The translations under genes and the position numbers were made by a program. Source: Eledone cirrhosa (lineage: Eukaryota). From it: a stretch of 64,000 nt of DNA. The DNA lies in assembly GCA_964016885.1 (NCBI GenBank), contig OZ024740.1, forward strand, positions 238,886,001 to 238,950,000, given 5' to 3'. Shown piece after piece: positions 26,421 through 40,204 of this stretch. The notes under the pieces are model-generated. The model was given only the letters and a program-made list of their open reading frames with translations. It searched no databases and had not been told where the DNA came from. Numbering within the stretch: the first letter of the stretch is position 1; the number at the start of each line of letters is the position of its first letter.

Positions 26421-28007
26421 CCAATACTAGGGAAGTTGTCATGTCTTTGACATATCTGAAGAGTCCTCCTGACACATTGTTTGGAAAATTTTCTGTAGAT
26501 GGATACCCTTCCTATCATCAACCACTTTACAAAGTGTAGTGAGTGTGTTTATCATGCCGATCACCAGCCTTAGGGAGGTTGTTGTGTCTTTGACATTGAT
26601 GTGTGTAAATAAGCACTAATCCCCAATGAGTGATGCTTAGCTCTGGTTTCATAGTATAAAACAGATGAGAGATAAATCTGTCTACTCTAGCCTGTATAGA
26701 ACACCAGTCATTCACGGATAGCACCTGGTGGCAATTTGCTATGAAATTCTCAACAGGTAGGGAAACAGAAACAATGTAAAATACAGTATTCTGTTGAGAA
26801 ATTCAATGAAATGTCTGTAGCAGAATTAGAACTAACAAGCTATGAGCAGGTAGTGCAATAATCTATCCACTCAATCAAATATATGTTTATGTGTACACAC
26901 ATCATCATTGTGCCAATGTACAAATTCTCTTCTCCACAAGTTTTACAAACTACTTTTCCATCCCTCAGATGAGCGTAATGTTCCATGACATCTAAATATT
27001 TATAGATGAATAGAATTGTGAAGGAAAATATAGTTGAGTGTCCTTCCTAATGTTAACCTAATCATTCTACTAGAATCAGGCAAACATTTATGGTCAGGAC
27101 TGTTTAGGGCTCAGCTTTCATTGGAGTAGAGTTTGAAAAAAGCCAGCATGTTAGACTCACATCAAATTTATTTCAATTAGGTCTCTCATCGTTTAACGTT
27201 CACTTTCCATAGCAAAGAATAGACGGGTTGTCCCATTTGAGGCAAGTTGGGTCAGGTGACCGTGTTTTGCTCATATAGAACTGTTTCTGTTAAGATTTCT
27301 ACAGCTGGATGCCCTTCTTAATGCCAACCACATTTACAGAGTGTGCTGGTTGCTTTTTGTTGTGACTCCTACACAACCACCTTACTGTGTGGGCTGGGTG
27401 CTTTTTGTTATGACTCCTACACAACCACCTTTCAGTGTGAGCTGGCTGCTTTTTGTTGTGACACCTACACGACTATTAAGGGATAATGTATGCATAGAAA
27501 TGTCACACTAAGTGATTAAAACCAATGATGGATGGGGTAGCTATTGAGGAAATATATCTAACATATGCTAGCATAACTGTTAATTTCAAGATGATGGTGA
27601 AAATACAAACTGAGATACAATACTTTGGAGATCTTTAAAAATGTTACCAGAGCTAAGGAGAAAGTCTCTACATGGCCACTCGACCAACAGCCAAACCTTT
27701 CCCAAACCACATTCTAGTCTTAAAAATGATATATAGTCGGGAATGTACTATTATTGAAAAGACAAAAAAAATAAGACAGTGTGGTCGTGACTTAAATAGG
27801 TTTGCTTGAACTGTGATGACTGGGTCTAAACAATAACAACGGTAATGATGTCAAAGACTACAACAAATAATTTTACTCTTACAGAGAACTATGCAACTAC
27901 GTTTTCTAATAACCAACCATCTCTATAATACAGTCTTTAAAATAAAAAGGGTATAAAGGGATTGATTATACATGGTTGCTGAAGCAGAAAAAAAAATTAA
28001 ATTTTAC

Positions 28008-28284
28008 CTAAACAAGGATGGTCACTCTTTTCTGGAATCCAGGCATCGTGTATTAAATTCCAGTTCCGCAATGTTGGTAAGTTTTTCTCTCTCCAACGTT
28101 GGTTGTAATCCTCATCATATGTCGAAATCTGATTATTATTATATATCTCCATGTATTTGGATATAAGACTGGGAACACCTGAGCAGCATTTCAATTTATT
28201 CACAATAGCTTTACTTTTGTCTGCTAAATATGTACTTGACATGGGTCTTAGGTTTTCTGCCTTATTAAATTGGTCTCTATTCCA
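28008..28284 (-). CDS. CFAP107: CFAP107 exon 2
   Basis: Acceptor ttccctttcag. ISTYDEDYNQRWREKNLPTLRNWNLIHDAWIPEKSDHP resembles ISTYDDHYN...LPPLRTWN...WLPEKSDFP. Donor GTAAAA, phase 1. Confidence 0.92.
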
Positions 28285-28373
28285 CTGAAAGGGAAATGTA
28301 TTTACTCTATAAATATACTGCACAAAGTTTACACACACATGTACATTGTTGTTAGTATTATTTCAAACCATTA

Positions 28374-28818
28374 AGGTGGTAGAGCATTGAATAAAATGCT
28401 TTGCAGCATTTAGTGACAGCTTTTTATGTTCTAGTTTCAAATCTTTCCGAAGTGGATTTTGTTTTTTATCCTCCTGGGGTAAATAAAATAAAGTACTAGT
28501 AAAGTAGTAGGGTTGATATAATCGACTTTCTCCTTTCCACAAATCACTGGCCTTGTGTCTAAATTAGAAATCATTATTTCAAACCAAAAATGGCGGTTGA
28601 TTGGCAGTATCGGTAGCGCATTGGACACCATGCTTTGCAGCATAGAGTTTCAGCCCTTTACGTTCTGTGTTCAAATCCCGCAGAGGTTAGTTTTGCCTTT
28701 CATCCTTACAGGGTCGATAAAATAAAGTACCAATAATGCACTGGGGGTCGATTTAAACGACTTTCCCCTTCCCCAAATTGCTGGCCTTGTACCTAAATTA
28801 GAAATCATTATTTCAAAC
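28374..28818 (+). mobile_element. Two tandem tRNA-SINEs (older + younger)
   Basis: Units at ~28374-28575 and ~28592-28810. attatttcaaac is repeated at all three junctions. Confidence 0.85.
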
Positions 28819-30243
28819 GATTAGTTTCAATGATAAAAGTCTAAATAGCAAACACAAGTTCTCAAGTAGATACTGTTAATATACATATCTACTGAGATAG
28901 TTAACTCTATCAAAACTGAACATTATAACTAATATTTAGTTTAGCTTTATTTAACAGCTTTAACCTTTTTGATGGCAACCCATCTGAGACTACGTCTGCT
29001 TTTATGGTAAAAAAAGAGAAATTCATTAGTTTTAAAAATAAGAATTCTTCAAAAATTGATAATTTTACATAAGATCTTTAATATTATGTTATGTTCCAGA
29101 CAAACATTAATTAATATTGAGTTCTGCCACCGACACAATCTCACTCATTTTTGGAGAGGGTGTCATTGATTTACTTCACTCTAGTATTCAACTAGTATTT
29201 ACTTTATCAGCATCAGAAAGATGAAAGGTAATCTGATCTTGGCAGGATTTGAACTCAAAACTTAAAGTGATGTAACTAAATACCATAAGGATTGGCAGAA
29301 CCCATCACTATCTTATAGACAGTACCTTATTTGTTATATAAAGCAGATTGTACTAAAATAGCATTTTACTTAAACACTTCAAATTCTTGATTATTTTCAA
29401 AATTTATTTCAAACATTTAGGCACCATTAGAAAAAGGAAAAAGTTAAATTATTTGCTAAATTTTCTGTTTGACTTATTTAATATATTGTATACTGGAAGG
29501 AAAGAGTGTAAATGTTGTCAATGCATTGTTACTGGACAGCAGAAAATAAATGTTCACACTTCACAGTTGTCTAGTTCATATTAAAACTAGTATCTACTTG
29601 TGAAAATATTTCTCCAACATATCAAGTCCAATCAAGAAGATATGTATGATACTGTGAAATGAAAAAAAAAAAAACCCAACGTTTTGGTCAAATCATCTGA
29701 TTTAAGCAAATGCTGACCACCACAGGAATTCAAGATATTATCCACATTGGTGATAAGAAGGGCATCAAACTATAGAAAACATGCCAAACAATGGGTCAGG
29801 AGGACTCTTTAGCTGTGTTAAAGACATAACAATCTTCCTAGTGGCGATGCCACGATGGTGCACCCTGTAGACTGTGGGAGCATTCGTAAGTGAAATGTGG
29901 GTCACCGGCTTGTCTGAAAGGTCAGTAGCTCTGATTAATTACTGACTTGGTCTGTGATAACCTGTTCAACCCTTGACAGTAGGGAAAATGGACGTTAAAT
30001 GATGACAGCAATAATGATGATTTACAAATCCCACCACATTTATCACACACCCATAACATACTTTCTCCCATCCTATCCACTCTCACATTGTCCTTTTAAA
30101 TCTCACCACATCGTTGGCAGTAATATATAGGCGAGAGGTTTAGGAGGAGGGATACATTGTATTGAGATAGGGTATTAAAACGTGACGTAGAAACAATTTA
30201 AGAAACAATAACTTATTCTATCGTGTATAAGTTCAAAGCTTAC

Positions 30244-30474
30244 CGACATTCTATTCTCGACCCAGTTTCCAGTCAATACTAAAGGAGAAAATACCTTCTC
30301 CAGCTTCCAGCTGGGACTATTAATATTTGTAGGTGTCGCATAGTTAAGGTCTACAGATTTTTTAAAGTACATGCCACTGGGCTGACAAATATTTATGTCC
30401 CTTAAACTTGTTGACATAGGTGGCAGGCGATCAACTTTGAAATTAAAAGGATAGTCTTTTTGCTTTAGATTCAT
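30244..30474 (-). CDS. CFAP107: CFAP107 (C1orf158-like) exon 1; exact start ATG uncertain
   Basis: SPSWKLEKVFSPLVLTGNWVENR resembles vertebrate TPSWQIETKYSTKVLTGNWMEER. Donor GTAAGC at 30243, phase 0. Confidence 0.85.
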
Positions 30475-30608
30475 GGCAGTATTAATAATCCTCAATACAG
30501 TCTTCTTGGTAGTGATTTATTTTGAGAATCGTTAAATACTAATTATATTTGAGCAATCTCTCTTTACGAAAATATAAAACGTTAAATGTTTTCCTGGTGT
30601 TTGGAACC

Positions 30609-30621
30609 GTTGCTCAGCAAC
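30609..30621. promoter_or_regulatory. RFX X-box-like palindrome upstream of CFAP107
   Basis: GTTGCT-C-AGCAAC, ~135 bp upstream of the first ATG of a ciliary gene. Confidence 0.65.
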
Positions 30622-30952
30622 AAAGAAGAGAACGTCATATTTCTTATTAATCTTGGAATGCGGTGATATAGCAAGTTTGTGATTAGCGTAATAAATTTAA
30701 AGGACATTGGGGGGGGGGGGGGCATTTGGCAACCTCCAGCACATTATTTATTTATTTTTACTTTGAGATAATTTGGTTCTTCTTGACATGACACAGTGGT
30801 GTGAAGTAGATTAAGATTTTTCGAGTATATTTTAATAGAGTATGTGGCTTAGAATCATGAGATAAGAACATAGACCGCAGTAATTCTAACGATTGGGGGA
30901 GATTAATGAAAAAAGTTACAAAACTGGATCAGCTTTTGTTAATGTGTACATA

Positions 30953-31089
30953 CAGTAGCTTAGCTGGAGGGGGACGCGGGGACGAGGAACGGGGCGACCC
31001 GCCTTGGACGACACTTTTATGGGGCAGTACTGTTGGGTCTGATGTAGGCTATAAGCTGCAGCATAGTATTATAATTGTACACAGACTAG

Positions 31090-31135
<46 letters not shown>

Positions 31136-31478
31136 AACATACGTTAACCTTGGTCTTCCTCTTCCAGTGTGTCCATGTAGGGGCTCCCACAGGAGCACTG
31201 AGTGCAATGTCAACTCTGGATGTCGGTGAGCATGTCCAGCTAACCTAAGGACAGACACTGGTCTGTTGGAGACGCAGGACATGGCAGCGATAATGAGGGA
31301 CAGAGACCGCTGGAGAGAACTCGTCCATGGATCTCGGGAATTTTACCCGCCTTATATATATATATATATATATAAAACTTTAACAGTGAGTCACTGAGCA
31401 ATATCTATTTTTGTTGCGGCCCGGGGACGGCAAACTGAAAGGCTGCCCCGGGCGGCAAACACTTTAGCTACGTCACTG
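30953..31478. mobile_element. hAT-like MITE containing a nested RTE 3' fragment
   Basis: Imperfect TIRs CAGTAGCTTAGCT / AGCTACGTCACTG. Flanks tgtacata / tgtgaata match 6/8, consistent with an 8-bp TSD. Internal HGHTGRGRPRLTYVD fragment between (TA)n runs. Confidence 0.65.
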
Positions 31479-31487
31479 TGTGAATAA

Positions 31488-31760
31488 TAATTGTTTCTAC
31501 TTTTAGCACAAGGCCAGAAATAACCCAGTACATTACTGGTACTTTATTTTATCGACTCCGTAAGGATGAAAGGCAAAGTTGACCTCGGCGGGATTTGAAC
31601 TCAGAATAGAAAGGGCCGTAACTCTATGCGTCAAGGCAGGACGTCCGACCCTCTACCGATACTGCCAATCCACTAATAATAATAATTGTTTCTACTTTTG
31701 GTACGAGGGCAGCAATTACCCACTGCATTACTGTTACTTTATTTTATCGACCCCGTAAGA
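31488..31760 (-). mobile_element. tRNA-SINE plus 3' half of a second copy
   Basis: Reverse complement of the 9281 family. Confidence 0.85.
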
Positions 31761-31761
31761 C

Positions 31762-34700
31762 ATTAAGGACAATACAGGACGGTACAAATGGGCATTTCTG
31801 CGTGTAAAAAAAAAAAACAGAGGATGTAACAAAAAAGAAACAATGATAAATTCCCCAATAGGGGGGAGACTTCCGAGGGACATTCGTGGAGAAAGCCCAT
31901 TAAAAAAGCCACGGTGACCCTGACCACCAGGGCAAGTGCCCTCTTCCAGTTTTCCACCTTCAATTTACAGGCACATACTCAGAGTAGGCCCATTCACTCG
32001 GGACATTCTTGCCTCTCTCACCCATCTTTCAACAAAAAGCTGGGAAGAGAGCACTTCCTTCTCTACCCTGATTTTCCTTTTCAAATGAAATTTGAAAAAG
32101 TTAATCAGGGCATCACCGAAGAGGTAAGTGCTCGTCTTCAGCCCTTTCAGACGCGTCCACCATACTATCTCTTTCGCCATGGCCACCAGACAGATACAAA
32201 CTGCCTGCCCTTCCCGGCTAAAGGAAGAGGGCGGGGCAATCCTCACGATGGACTCGGCTGATAGCCGGATCCGTTCTACACGCGACAGCAGGTGTTCGAC
32301 ATAAACCCACAAGTCAGCAATGCTCGGACACTGGACGGGTGCATGCAGGACGGTTTCGTCGCCCTGCGCGCATCTCGGACATGCCCGGCTGACGGCACTT
32401 CCATGCCTGTAGAGTTTATCCCGTACTGGCAAAGCTCCTCGGTAGCACTGCCAGGGATTTCTGGAAATTGTCCATAGGTCCCGGCCCGAAAGTTCTTCCG
32501 AAGAGATTGGCTAGTTGATTTTCGTTGACGCCTAGAGTTTCCGCAAGTACGTCGTCGCTCTTCCCCTCCACTAATCCTCTATAGAACGCCAAGGTGGAGT
32601 TTCCACCGATCACATTGCCCGACTAGTCGAGGGCTGTGAGCGCCTGAAGACATTCCAGTCTCCAAGCGCTCCCTCTCGGTCTTCGCTTGACCCAGGACTG
32701 CAGCTCCGTCAAGGAGACGAGCTGGGGAAAGACGCGTCTAGCAAACGGCGACCACACCTGATCACCGTCGAGGTGGAGATGTCGTAGCCTGAGCGCGTGT
32801 CTGCGCATCATCAGACACGGCACACCCAGCCCTCCACGTAGCGGGTGTTGACAGCAGATGGACCACCTGACCATCGGAGCGCGTCCCTTCCACAAAAAGC
32901 GAACGAGCAAACGCTCCAGTGCAGTCAGGCGAGGCTTAGGACAAAGCACGACGGTCAGGCGGTACTATATGACGGACGCGATATACGCATTCGCCACCTC
33001 CGCTCGACCTTTCTGGGATAGCTTCCTCTCTGCCCATTTCTGGGTGAGAGAAGCCAACCAGCTCGTCACCTTCTCCCAGTTTTTGTCCGTCTGGAGGTCT
33101 GGACCGAACTAGACCCCTAGCAATTTAACCGGTCCTTCCGTCCAGCGCCCGACGACGCTGTTGGCCGGCATGGACTTTCCTCTCCAGGTGCCGAGCTGCA
33201 GGCCCACCGAATTTTCCTGGTTGATCATTGCTCCTGTCACCGCTTCGTATTCTCTTAGTGTAGTGCCGATCGCCTGGATGTGTTTGGCGTTCGACACCAT
33301 TACGGTGACATCGTCCGCATATGCTGACACGGATCTTCCGCATCCCAGTTCGCGCGGGACCCCCCTTCAATGTCTCCAGTTTGTGCAGTAATGGCTCGAG
33401 AGTCAATACGTACGAGAGGGACGAGAGGGGACATCCTTGGCGGACCGAGCGCATGATGTTGAACGGTTCCGAAATGTGACCGTTCACTCTCACCACAGGG
33501 TAGATGTCGCTGTGCATGGCAGCAATCCAGCCTCTGAAGACGGGCCCAAAGCCAGCCGCCCTCAGGACTACCGCCAGATAACGATGGTCGACCCTATCGA
33601 AAGTTTTGACTGATCTAAATTGATCAAGGACCCACCCATGCTAGGTTTCCTAGCTACCCGCTCCACGATGTATAGCATAAGGTGGAGGTTGTCGTGGATG
33701 GATCTGTCTGGAATGGCGTATGTCTGCGCCTCTCCCACCAGACCACCAACGACAAGCGCCAACCTCTTTGCTAGCACCTTGGCCAAAATCTTGAACTCTG
33801 TGTTTAGCAGAGATATAGGCCTGAAATTATCTATGTTATCCCCCTTGTTCGGATCCTTTCTCAGCAGCGCCACCGCTCCTCGGCTCACAGAGCTTGGAAT
33901 TCTCCCGTTGTTTCCAGTTGCAGTAGACGTTCGCCAAGAGATCCCCGAACAAGTCTGGCATCTGTACGTAAAGTTCATAGGGCAGACATTGAACGGCTTT
34001 CGTCCCCTCGTGTCTGAGATCACGCACCCTAGCTCTAACAACGCAGCCTTCGTGCTTTGCATGGAAGAATTGGTCAAGGGCCAATTTCGCCGCAAGTACG
34101 CTTTACTAAGCGCCTCGAATAATTTTCTAACTAGTTCTTCCTCTGCTCTATTTTTCTCTATTGCTAAAGCCTTACTAAACGTAATGGACTCTATTCAAAT
34201 CGCTCTTTTCAGAGCAAACCACCATTTGTTGTTGACAATGGCCCCCGTCAACGCTCGCATAACTAATTCCCTAATCCGGTCTCTGTAGGCCTTGCGCGCT
34301 GTTAATGACGAGTTTAGCTTCCAGTAGCCGGGTCCCTGTCTATGAAGCCTATCTAAATCAACCTCACAGATCACGAATTTGTGGTCCGTGTAGTCGACTA
34401 TTTTGAAATGTGGACAGCCTATGCTAGACCTATCTATTTTCCTACAAAATACCCTATCTAGATATGATCTGGATGACCCGATGCGGTTTGACCATGTCCA
34501 CATTGGCACATTCGGGAAATCCAGACGGTACCTGTCAGACAGTTGAAACCGTCTGAGCAGGTTTGCGAGGCTTTTACACCCTCCTCCCCTATCCGCTAAT
34601 ACCACACATTCCCAGCGTGCATCTAAGATCCGGTTCCCGTCGCCCACTAACACTAAAGAGCGGGACGTTCCAAGAAAGGTCTCCAGACGCCGGAAGAAAA

Positions 34701-35860
34701 TCAGGCCGTCCTCCTCCTGTCGGTGCATAGACGGCCACTAGCCTGAAAGCTTGCCCGCTTTTTTGAATCTTCTGGATGTTTTTGATCCGCTTGGATCAGG
34801 AGCTCCATTCCAGATCCGGACCAGTTCTCCTGTTTTACTTTGATCACCTCGATCATTTTGTGAGGACGGCAGCCATCAGCCAGGGAATTTCAATGGCCGG
34901 CGGAATCTGGGTCACCCTGATTCTTACCAGCCTCTGACCACAATAGCTAGGGACGTGTGTGAACTCGTCACTTTTTAATGGGGCCATGGAGTGCTCTCTG
35001 GCTTCCTGTGGGATTCCAAAGAACACCTCCACGGTTCCATATTTTTGTCCACGTCTGATGTGGGTTTTTTGAGCCCACACATATCCCAAAGCTTTTTGGA
35101 TCTGAGACTTGGATGCCCACTCCATTCGGCATGTTTTTATATTTATTATGCGAAATGATACAGTACATAGGCGCCGATGCTCCATGGTATTTGTGGGGGG
35201 TGGGTGGGGGTGGGGGTGGGGGGCTGACCCTGTAACCATATCTTTTTACCATTCGCTTGGTTTCATTCAGTTTTTCTTGGCTTACCTCAATCGTTTCGTT
35301 TTTGTTCGCCGCTTTAGCAAAAGACACATTTGGTTTTGCGCTGTTGTTGTTATTCTTATTGTTATTGTTGTTGCTGTTGTTATTGTTATTTTTGTTATTA
35401 TTATTTTTCGTTTCAGTTGTTGTTGTTGTTGTGGTGGTGGTGTCAGTGGCGTTCGGCGTGGAAGAATACATTTTGGGAGAATCCATTTCGATATGACGAG
35501 ATAATAATTTATTTTTGTTTCAGTTGTTGCTGTGGTGGTGGTGATGGTATCAGTGGTGTTGGATGTACTCTTCGACATTGTGGTGGTAGAGATGGTGGCT
35601 TTAACACCTGCAGACATTGGTAATGGAGGGAAATCCATGTCTGCACGCGACAAATCTAAGTAACTGCCACTGTTGCTGCTGCTGTTAGCGAAAAATATTT
35701 CTGTCTTGGCAAACGTAGCAAGGTTTACAATGGTGCTGGTGGGAGATGTTGGTCTGTTAGAGCTGCTGTCAGCAGATTTGGGTAGGCGAATGCCGTCCAT
35801 GTTTTTGTTTTTCAAAGAAATTGTTTGTTTGACAAAATAAAGTTTAAATTTCGGGATCAA
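31762..35860 (-). mobile_element. Tx1/L1-clade LINE, degraded (ORF1-like region, APE, RT, zinc knuckle)
   Basis: APE end (SYLDRV...TDH...GPGYWKLN), RT (FRPISLLN.E.KILAK, VRQGCPLS, AYADDV), C-terminal CPRC...ETVLH...C. Upstream low-complexity ORF1-like frames at 34853-35860. Confidence 0.92.
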
Positions 35861-36329
35861 GGCCCCAATATTATTGAGTGCCCTTTTCAGAAAGCAATAT
35901 ATGTGAACTTATAAACACTTACCAACAAAAGTTTTCCATAACTGGCAATCGAAACAACTGAAAACAACAAACCTTTGTGGAGCTCACGATAATACGATTT
36001 CCTACGCAAGTCGACAATCATAATAGTAATTATAATATGTATGAGTAGGACAGCAGTCGTTGGGTTAAAATTATCAGAGAACGGTTGCAATTCCACCATA
36101 GTGTTCGAGAATGTCTTATATTGTTTTAGTTTACAAGCTTTTAATTTGTAATAATTTGTGCGGTTAATGGTATCAACCAATATGTTATTGATGTAGATTA
36201 GAAACAGTACGGAAAAATTAGTGAGCCCCGGGGAAAACTCAAGTTGATAGATATGAATGTCAAAAACAGAAGTTCCCAAATGCAACTTTAAAAGAACATT
36301 TTTCTTTGTCAGATATAATCGTACTGATT

Positions 36330-37212
36330 CTCCAACTTGGACTAGTTCCAGCAGGGAGTTGGATGAAGCTCTCCTACGATGGAGTGAGTTGGGCTTGTCT
36401 GTTACTGACAAGGTGGAGGACAGACGAAGTCAGAGAGCTTGGGACAGCATATAATCGAGGGCCACCTTTAACTTCCCCTTCGACCAGTCAGATCAGTTTT
36501 TAAGATGCCGCTTACTGTCTGCCAGCGCCAAATACTCAGATGACTGGGCTGATATCCTACCCGTGGCAAACGTTGGCGTCCTACTCAGCTTGGACAAACT
36601 TCGTGTTTCCATTGCCCTCAGAGGGGGAGCCGACGTCTGTACGGGTCTGAGGTGTCGATGTGGAAAACTCCTCGACTCCAAAGGCCACCACGGTCTTTCT
36701 TGCCGCCTGAATGCCGGTCGCTTCGCGCGCCACACGGAGTTAAACCTCATTTTCAAGAAAGCTTTGGCTCGGGCAAACATCCCCTCAATTTTGGAACTGT
36801 CTAGGTTGTCCAGAATTGATGGGAAAAGACCTGGCGGCCTTACTCTGTGCCCCTAGTCGAGAGGCAGGTGTCTTATCTGGGATGTCACAGTGTCTTATCT
36901 GGGATGTCACATGTGCTTCTTCCCACATCCCGGATGCTGTGGTTAGGGCGAAACCCACATATTCCGCAGCCGAAGGGAACAACATCCTAAAATATCGTGT
37001 TCTGTCGGCCAACTACAGTTTTCAGCCTGTGGCGTTCGAGACGTTTGGTGGGAGTCGGGCTACTGACTGCGAGATTCCTATCGTCACTGGCGGCTAGCCT
37101 AACAAAGGTAACTGGCGATGCTCGTGAAGGCGCTTGGCTGTTTCAGCGCATCAGCCTCGCCATCACCCCAGGTAACACCACGAGCATGCCGGCTTGCCTC
37201 AGAAATTATTAG
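36330..37212 (+). mobile_element. CRE-like non-LTR retrotransposon C-terminal (zinc knuckle + restriction-like endonuclease) relic
   Basis: CRCG...HGLSC...RH..LN, KRP(G)GLTL.P, LIWDVTC, KY..L...F.PVAFETFG, LFQRISLAI..GN. Confidence 0.85.
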
Positions 37213-39009
37213 AGATGTTTCCCAGTGCTCCTCCCGATACTGTTATCTTTTGCTCTGGTAGCGGCTCGGTTGTCCACCCCTTTCGACTGCCTTTTGTTGT
37301 ATATGGTCCTTGATGTGTGTGCTAACCGCTTGTGCTTTTTTCTTTTTTTTCTTTCTTTTCCATTTTTTTTTTGTTTCCCCTTCCCTTCCTTTTATATTAT
37401 ATTTGTTTGTGCTTTCGTTTTGTAAGCATTGTATTATTATATTTCTTTTTATGCAACTGTGATTAAACAGTATACGTGGAGGCTACATTGAAAAATAACT
37501 TTATTAATGTTTTCTTTACTAGTATTGAATGTATTTTCAAATAAAATTCGTTTGAATGTTCTAGCGTTTTCTTTTCATACCGAGTATTAGAGATTATTGA
37601 CCCGACCACGTATATCAGTTTTTTTTTTTTTCACATTCTTAAAGGCAAAAGAACATCGGTCTTCAGAGGCAACTGCCTAAAATACTAACTAATTGCGCTT
37701 TCACTAAATGGTGAAATCAGTAAAATCCTGCCCTGAATGTAATTCGAATTCATAATCCTGATTTACCATTCGCGTATGCTTAGCATAAACATGTTCAACG
37801 TTAACGAACTATGTATGAGATTACCTTAACAATGTTGCTTTTAAAAATCCTATTATTACTATTTTATGTAGCGGGCATGTATCTATCCTTATAAGGTAAC
37901 AATGTCAATCTCCTCATAGAAATGGTTGTATATAATTTTAATAGTAATAAAGTTACAAACGAAGAAATTCATTTGTGAAAACCAGGCCATTCCACTGTAA
38001 AATACCGTCGTGGTTTCACTTGGTGGGTCACATTTTAACGAGGTATTGATAAAATGTTAGTTTGGCAATGGGCTGGTTGCCTGATGGATTTGTTCATCTG
38101 TAGTAGTAGTAGTAGTAGTAGTAGTGATGAAGTGCGAAGTTGATAAGTGAGTAGCTTGTTGGTCGAGTAATGGCAAGTGGGTAAGTGAAGTATGTCTCAA
38201 GGAAACAAGTAGTTGTACTCGCTTGTTGTGGTGTGAAGTGATATTACCATGGTGAAGATAATTTCCCCAAATCACATGGATAAGAATTAACAAATCAACA
38301 AAACACTGCTAATTTTAATGTTTTTATTTGTTACATAATTTACTTCAAAATCACGTGTAGCAATGAACAACGGAAAAGGATGCATGTATAGTTGTAGTGT
38401 GTTATGTGTATGACTGTAGAATTCTAAATTAGTAAATTTCTAATCTGTGTGTTGACGATGTTGGTAGCAAGATTAAATTAGTGCCGATTCCAGCAAGGCT
38501 GGCTTGCGAGTGTGTGTGTGTGGCTACATTGCAATGTTGACTAAACAAGCTGTCTGTCTGTTGCAGAGTCGAAAAGCAAATTATCTTCGGGGATCAAAAT
38601 CTTTTGTATATATAAGGATTAGGTTGCCCAGAAACATTAAACAGATGGCCTTTAGAACTGTCCTCTTTTCGGACAATCTAATGCCATAAACGTCCTACAA
38701 GAGAACATTATCTGTTTGTGGCTCTAAGGTCATATGTCAGTCTTTTGGTGACCGTGTGTGGCAGATTAATAAAACTATCGTGGGAAAAATATGTCGAGGT
38801 TTCGCTACATTTTGCGCCTACCAGCCACTCGGCATCCAAAGCTCTATGGTATCAGGGACACCGAAAATGAGAAAATAGAATAAGGGCCACCCAGGAACAC
38901 ATGACGCCGAATATTCCAGGAATCAGTTGGACAGTTGCGGAGAGACCTGTAAAGATTGCTACCTTGTGCATCTTATAACACGGGAAACGCTAAGACTAAG
39001 ATTAAATGC

Positions 39010-39706
39010 AATTGCGATGAACGTGATCTCCAGCATGCGCTTGATAGGTTTGCTGCTGAATGCTGCACAGCAGGAATGAAAGTGAGTGCCGTGAAGACTG
39101 TGCAGTACACTCTACATGTGAGTGGAGTTCCACTGACGCAAGGTTCACGAGTAATGGAAGGCAGGAGGCTGAATTAAGTACAAGAATTGCTTGTGCAGTA
39201 ATGCGTCAGCTTTAGCATTCGGTCATCAGAAGAATGGAGTAGATGTAAAAAGCTAAACTCGCTATCTTCAGTTCGGTGTTCGTGCCTACCTATGGTCATG
39301 AATCTTAGGTAATGTTCCAAAGAATACGATCGCGAATACACACGGCCGAAATGGGATTCCCCTGAGGGGTCTTTGGAGTAACGTTACTCGATAGAACGTG
39401 TAGCTTGGAAATCAGGGAATCACTCCAGGTGGAGCTGCTACTTCTCAAAATTGAGAGATCACAGCTCCGATATTACGGACATGTGGTCAGAATATTTAAG
39501 GAAAGCATCGCTAGACACATTTTACGGGCAAAACCAGCCGGCAGGAAACCCCGAGCAAGATGGTGGTACAATATCCATGAGCTCGGCTGGCCCCGCTCGG
39601 GGATCCAGCCAGCTCAGCTGGTGACGGCTGCTTATGACAGGACCCGCTGGAAGGTGTACTTGAGCACTCTACACCCCAACCAAGAATAAGTAGACAAAGA
39701 AGAAGA
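39010..39706 (+). mobile_element. RTE 3' fragment
   Basis: DLQHALDRFAAEC...IERSQLRYYGHV. gaagaaga tail. Confidence 0.85.
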
Positions 39707-40204
39707 TAATGGATACATTCCTTAACTGTTGTATTTTGAATTCAAGAGCAAACTATGTGTAATATCTTAGGGTTTTCGACTGGATCCTATTCATTATAAT
39801 AACTTTGTGTAAACGAACTTTATGTACAATTTACCACATCACAAGAAGAAAAATATGAACATCAAATACCAACGACAAACAAACAAGAAACGAACATTGG
39901 TATCGACCCGTGATGTCCAATCCGTAGTTATTGACTTAATTTGAAGGCTATTAACAGCAAAAGATTGATCTTAATAATTAGTATCAACTCGAGACATGAT
40001 AATAACCTGTAATAATATGTAGTGGACAGTTAAAGAAGAGCGTTTAAAGATATGGTTTAGTTAAGTGTCAACTAACGTTTTCTGTGCGTATTGCTTGTGT
40101 TTGAGTGTGTATGGCAACATGAATGGACATGTTATTCTTATCTATAGACATCTTTTCCAATTCCACCTCGCCCGTCCCTTCAATCTGTCTAATTTCTCAT
40201 TCTT

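Noticed and set aside
35887-36411. 174-aa minus-strand ORF, and similarly 46540..47091 (+)
   Set aside because: Non-ATG or AT-rich chance frames, partly antisense to transposon relics. No coherent domain or splice pattern.
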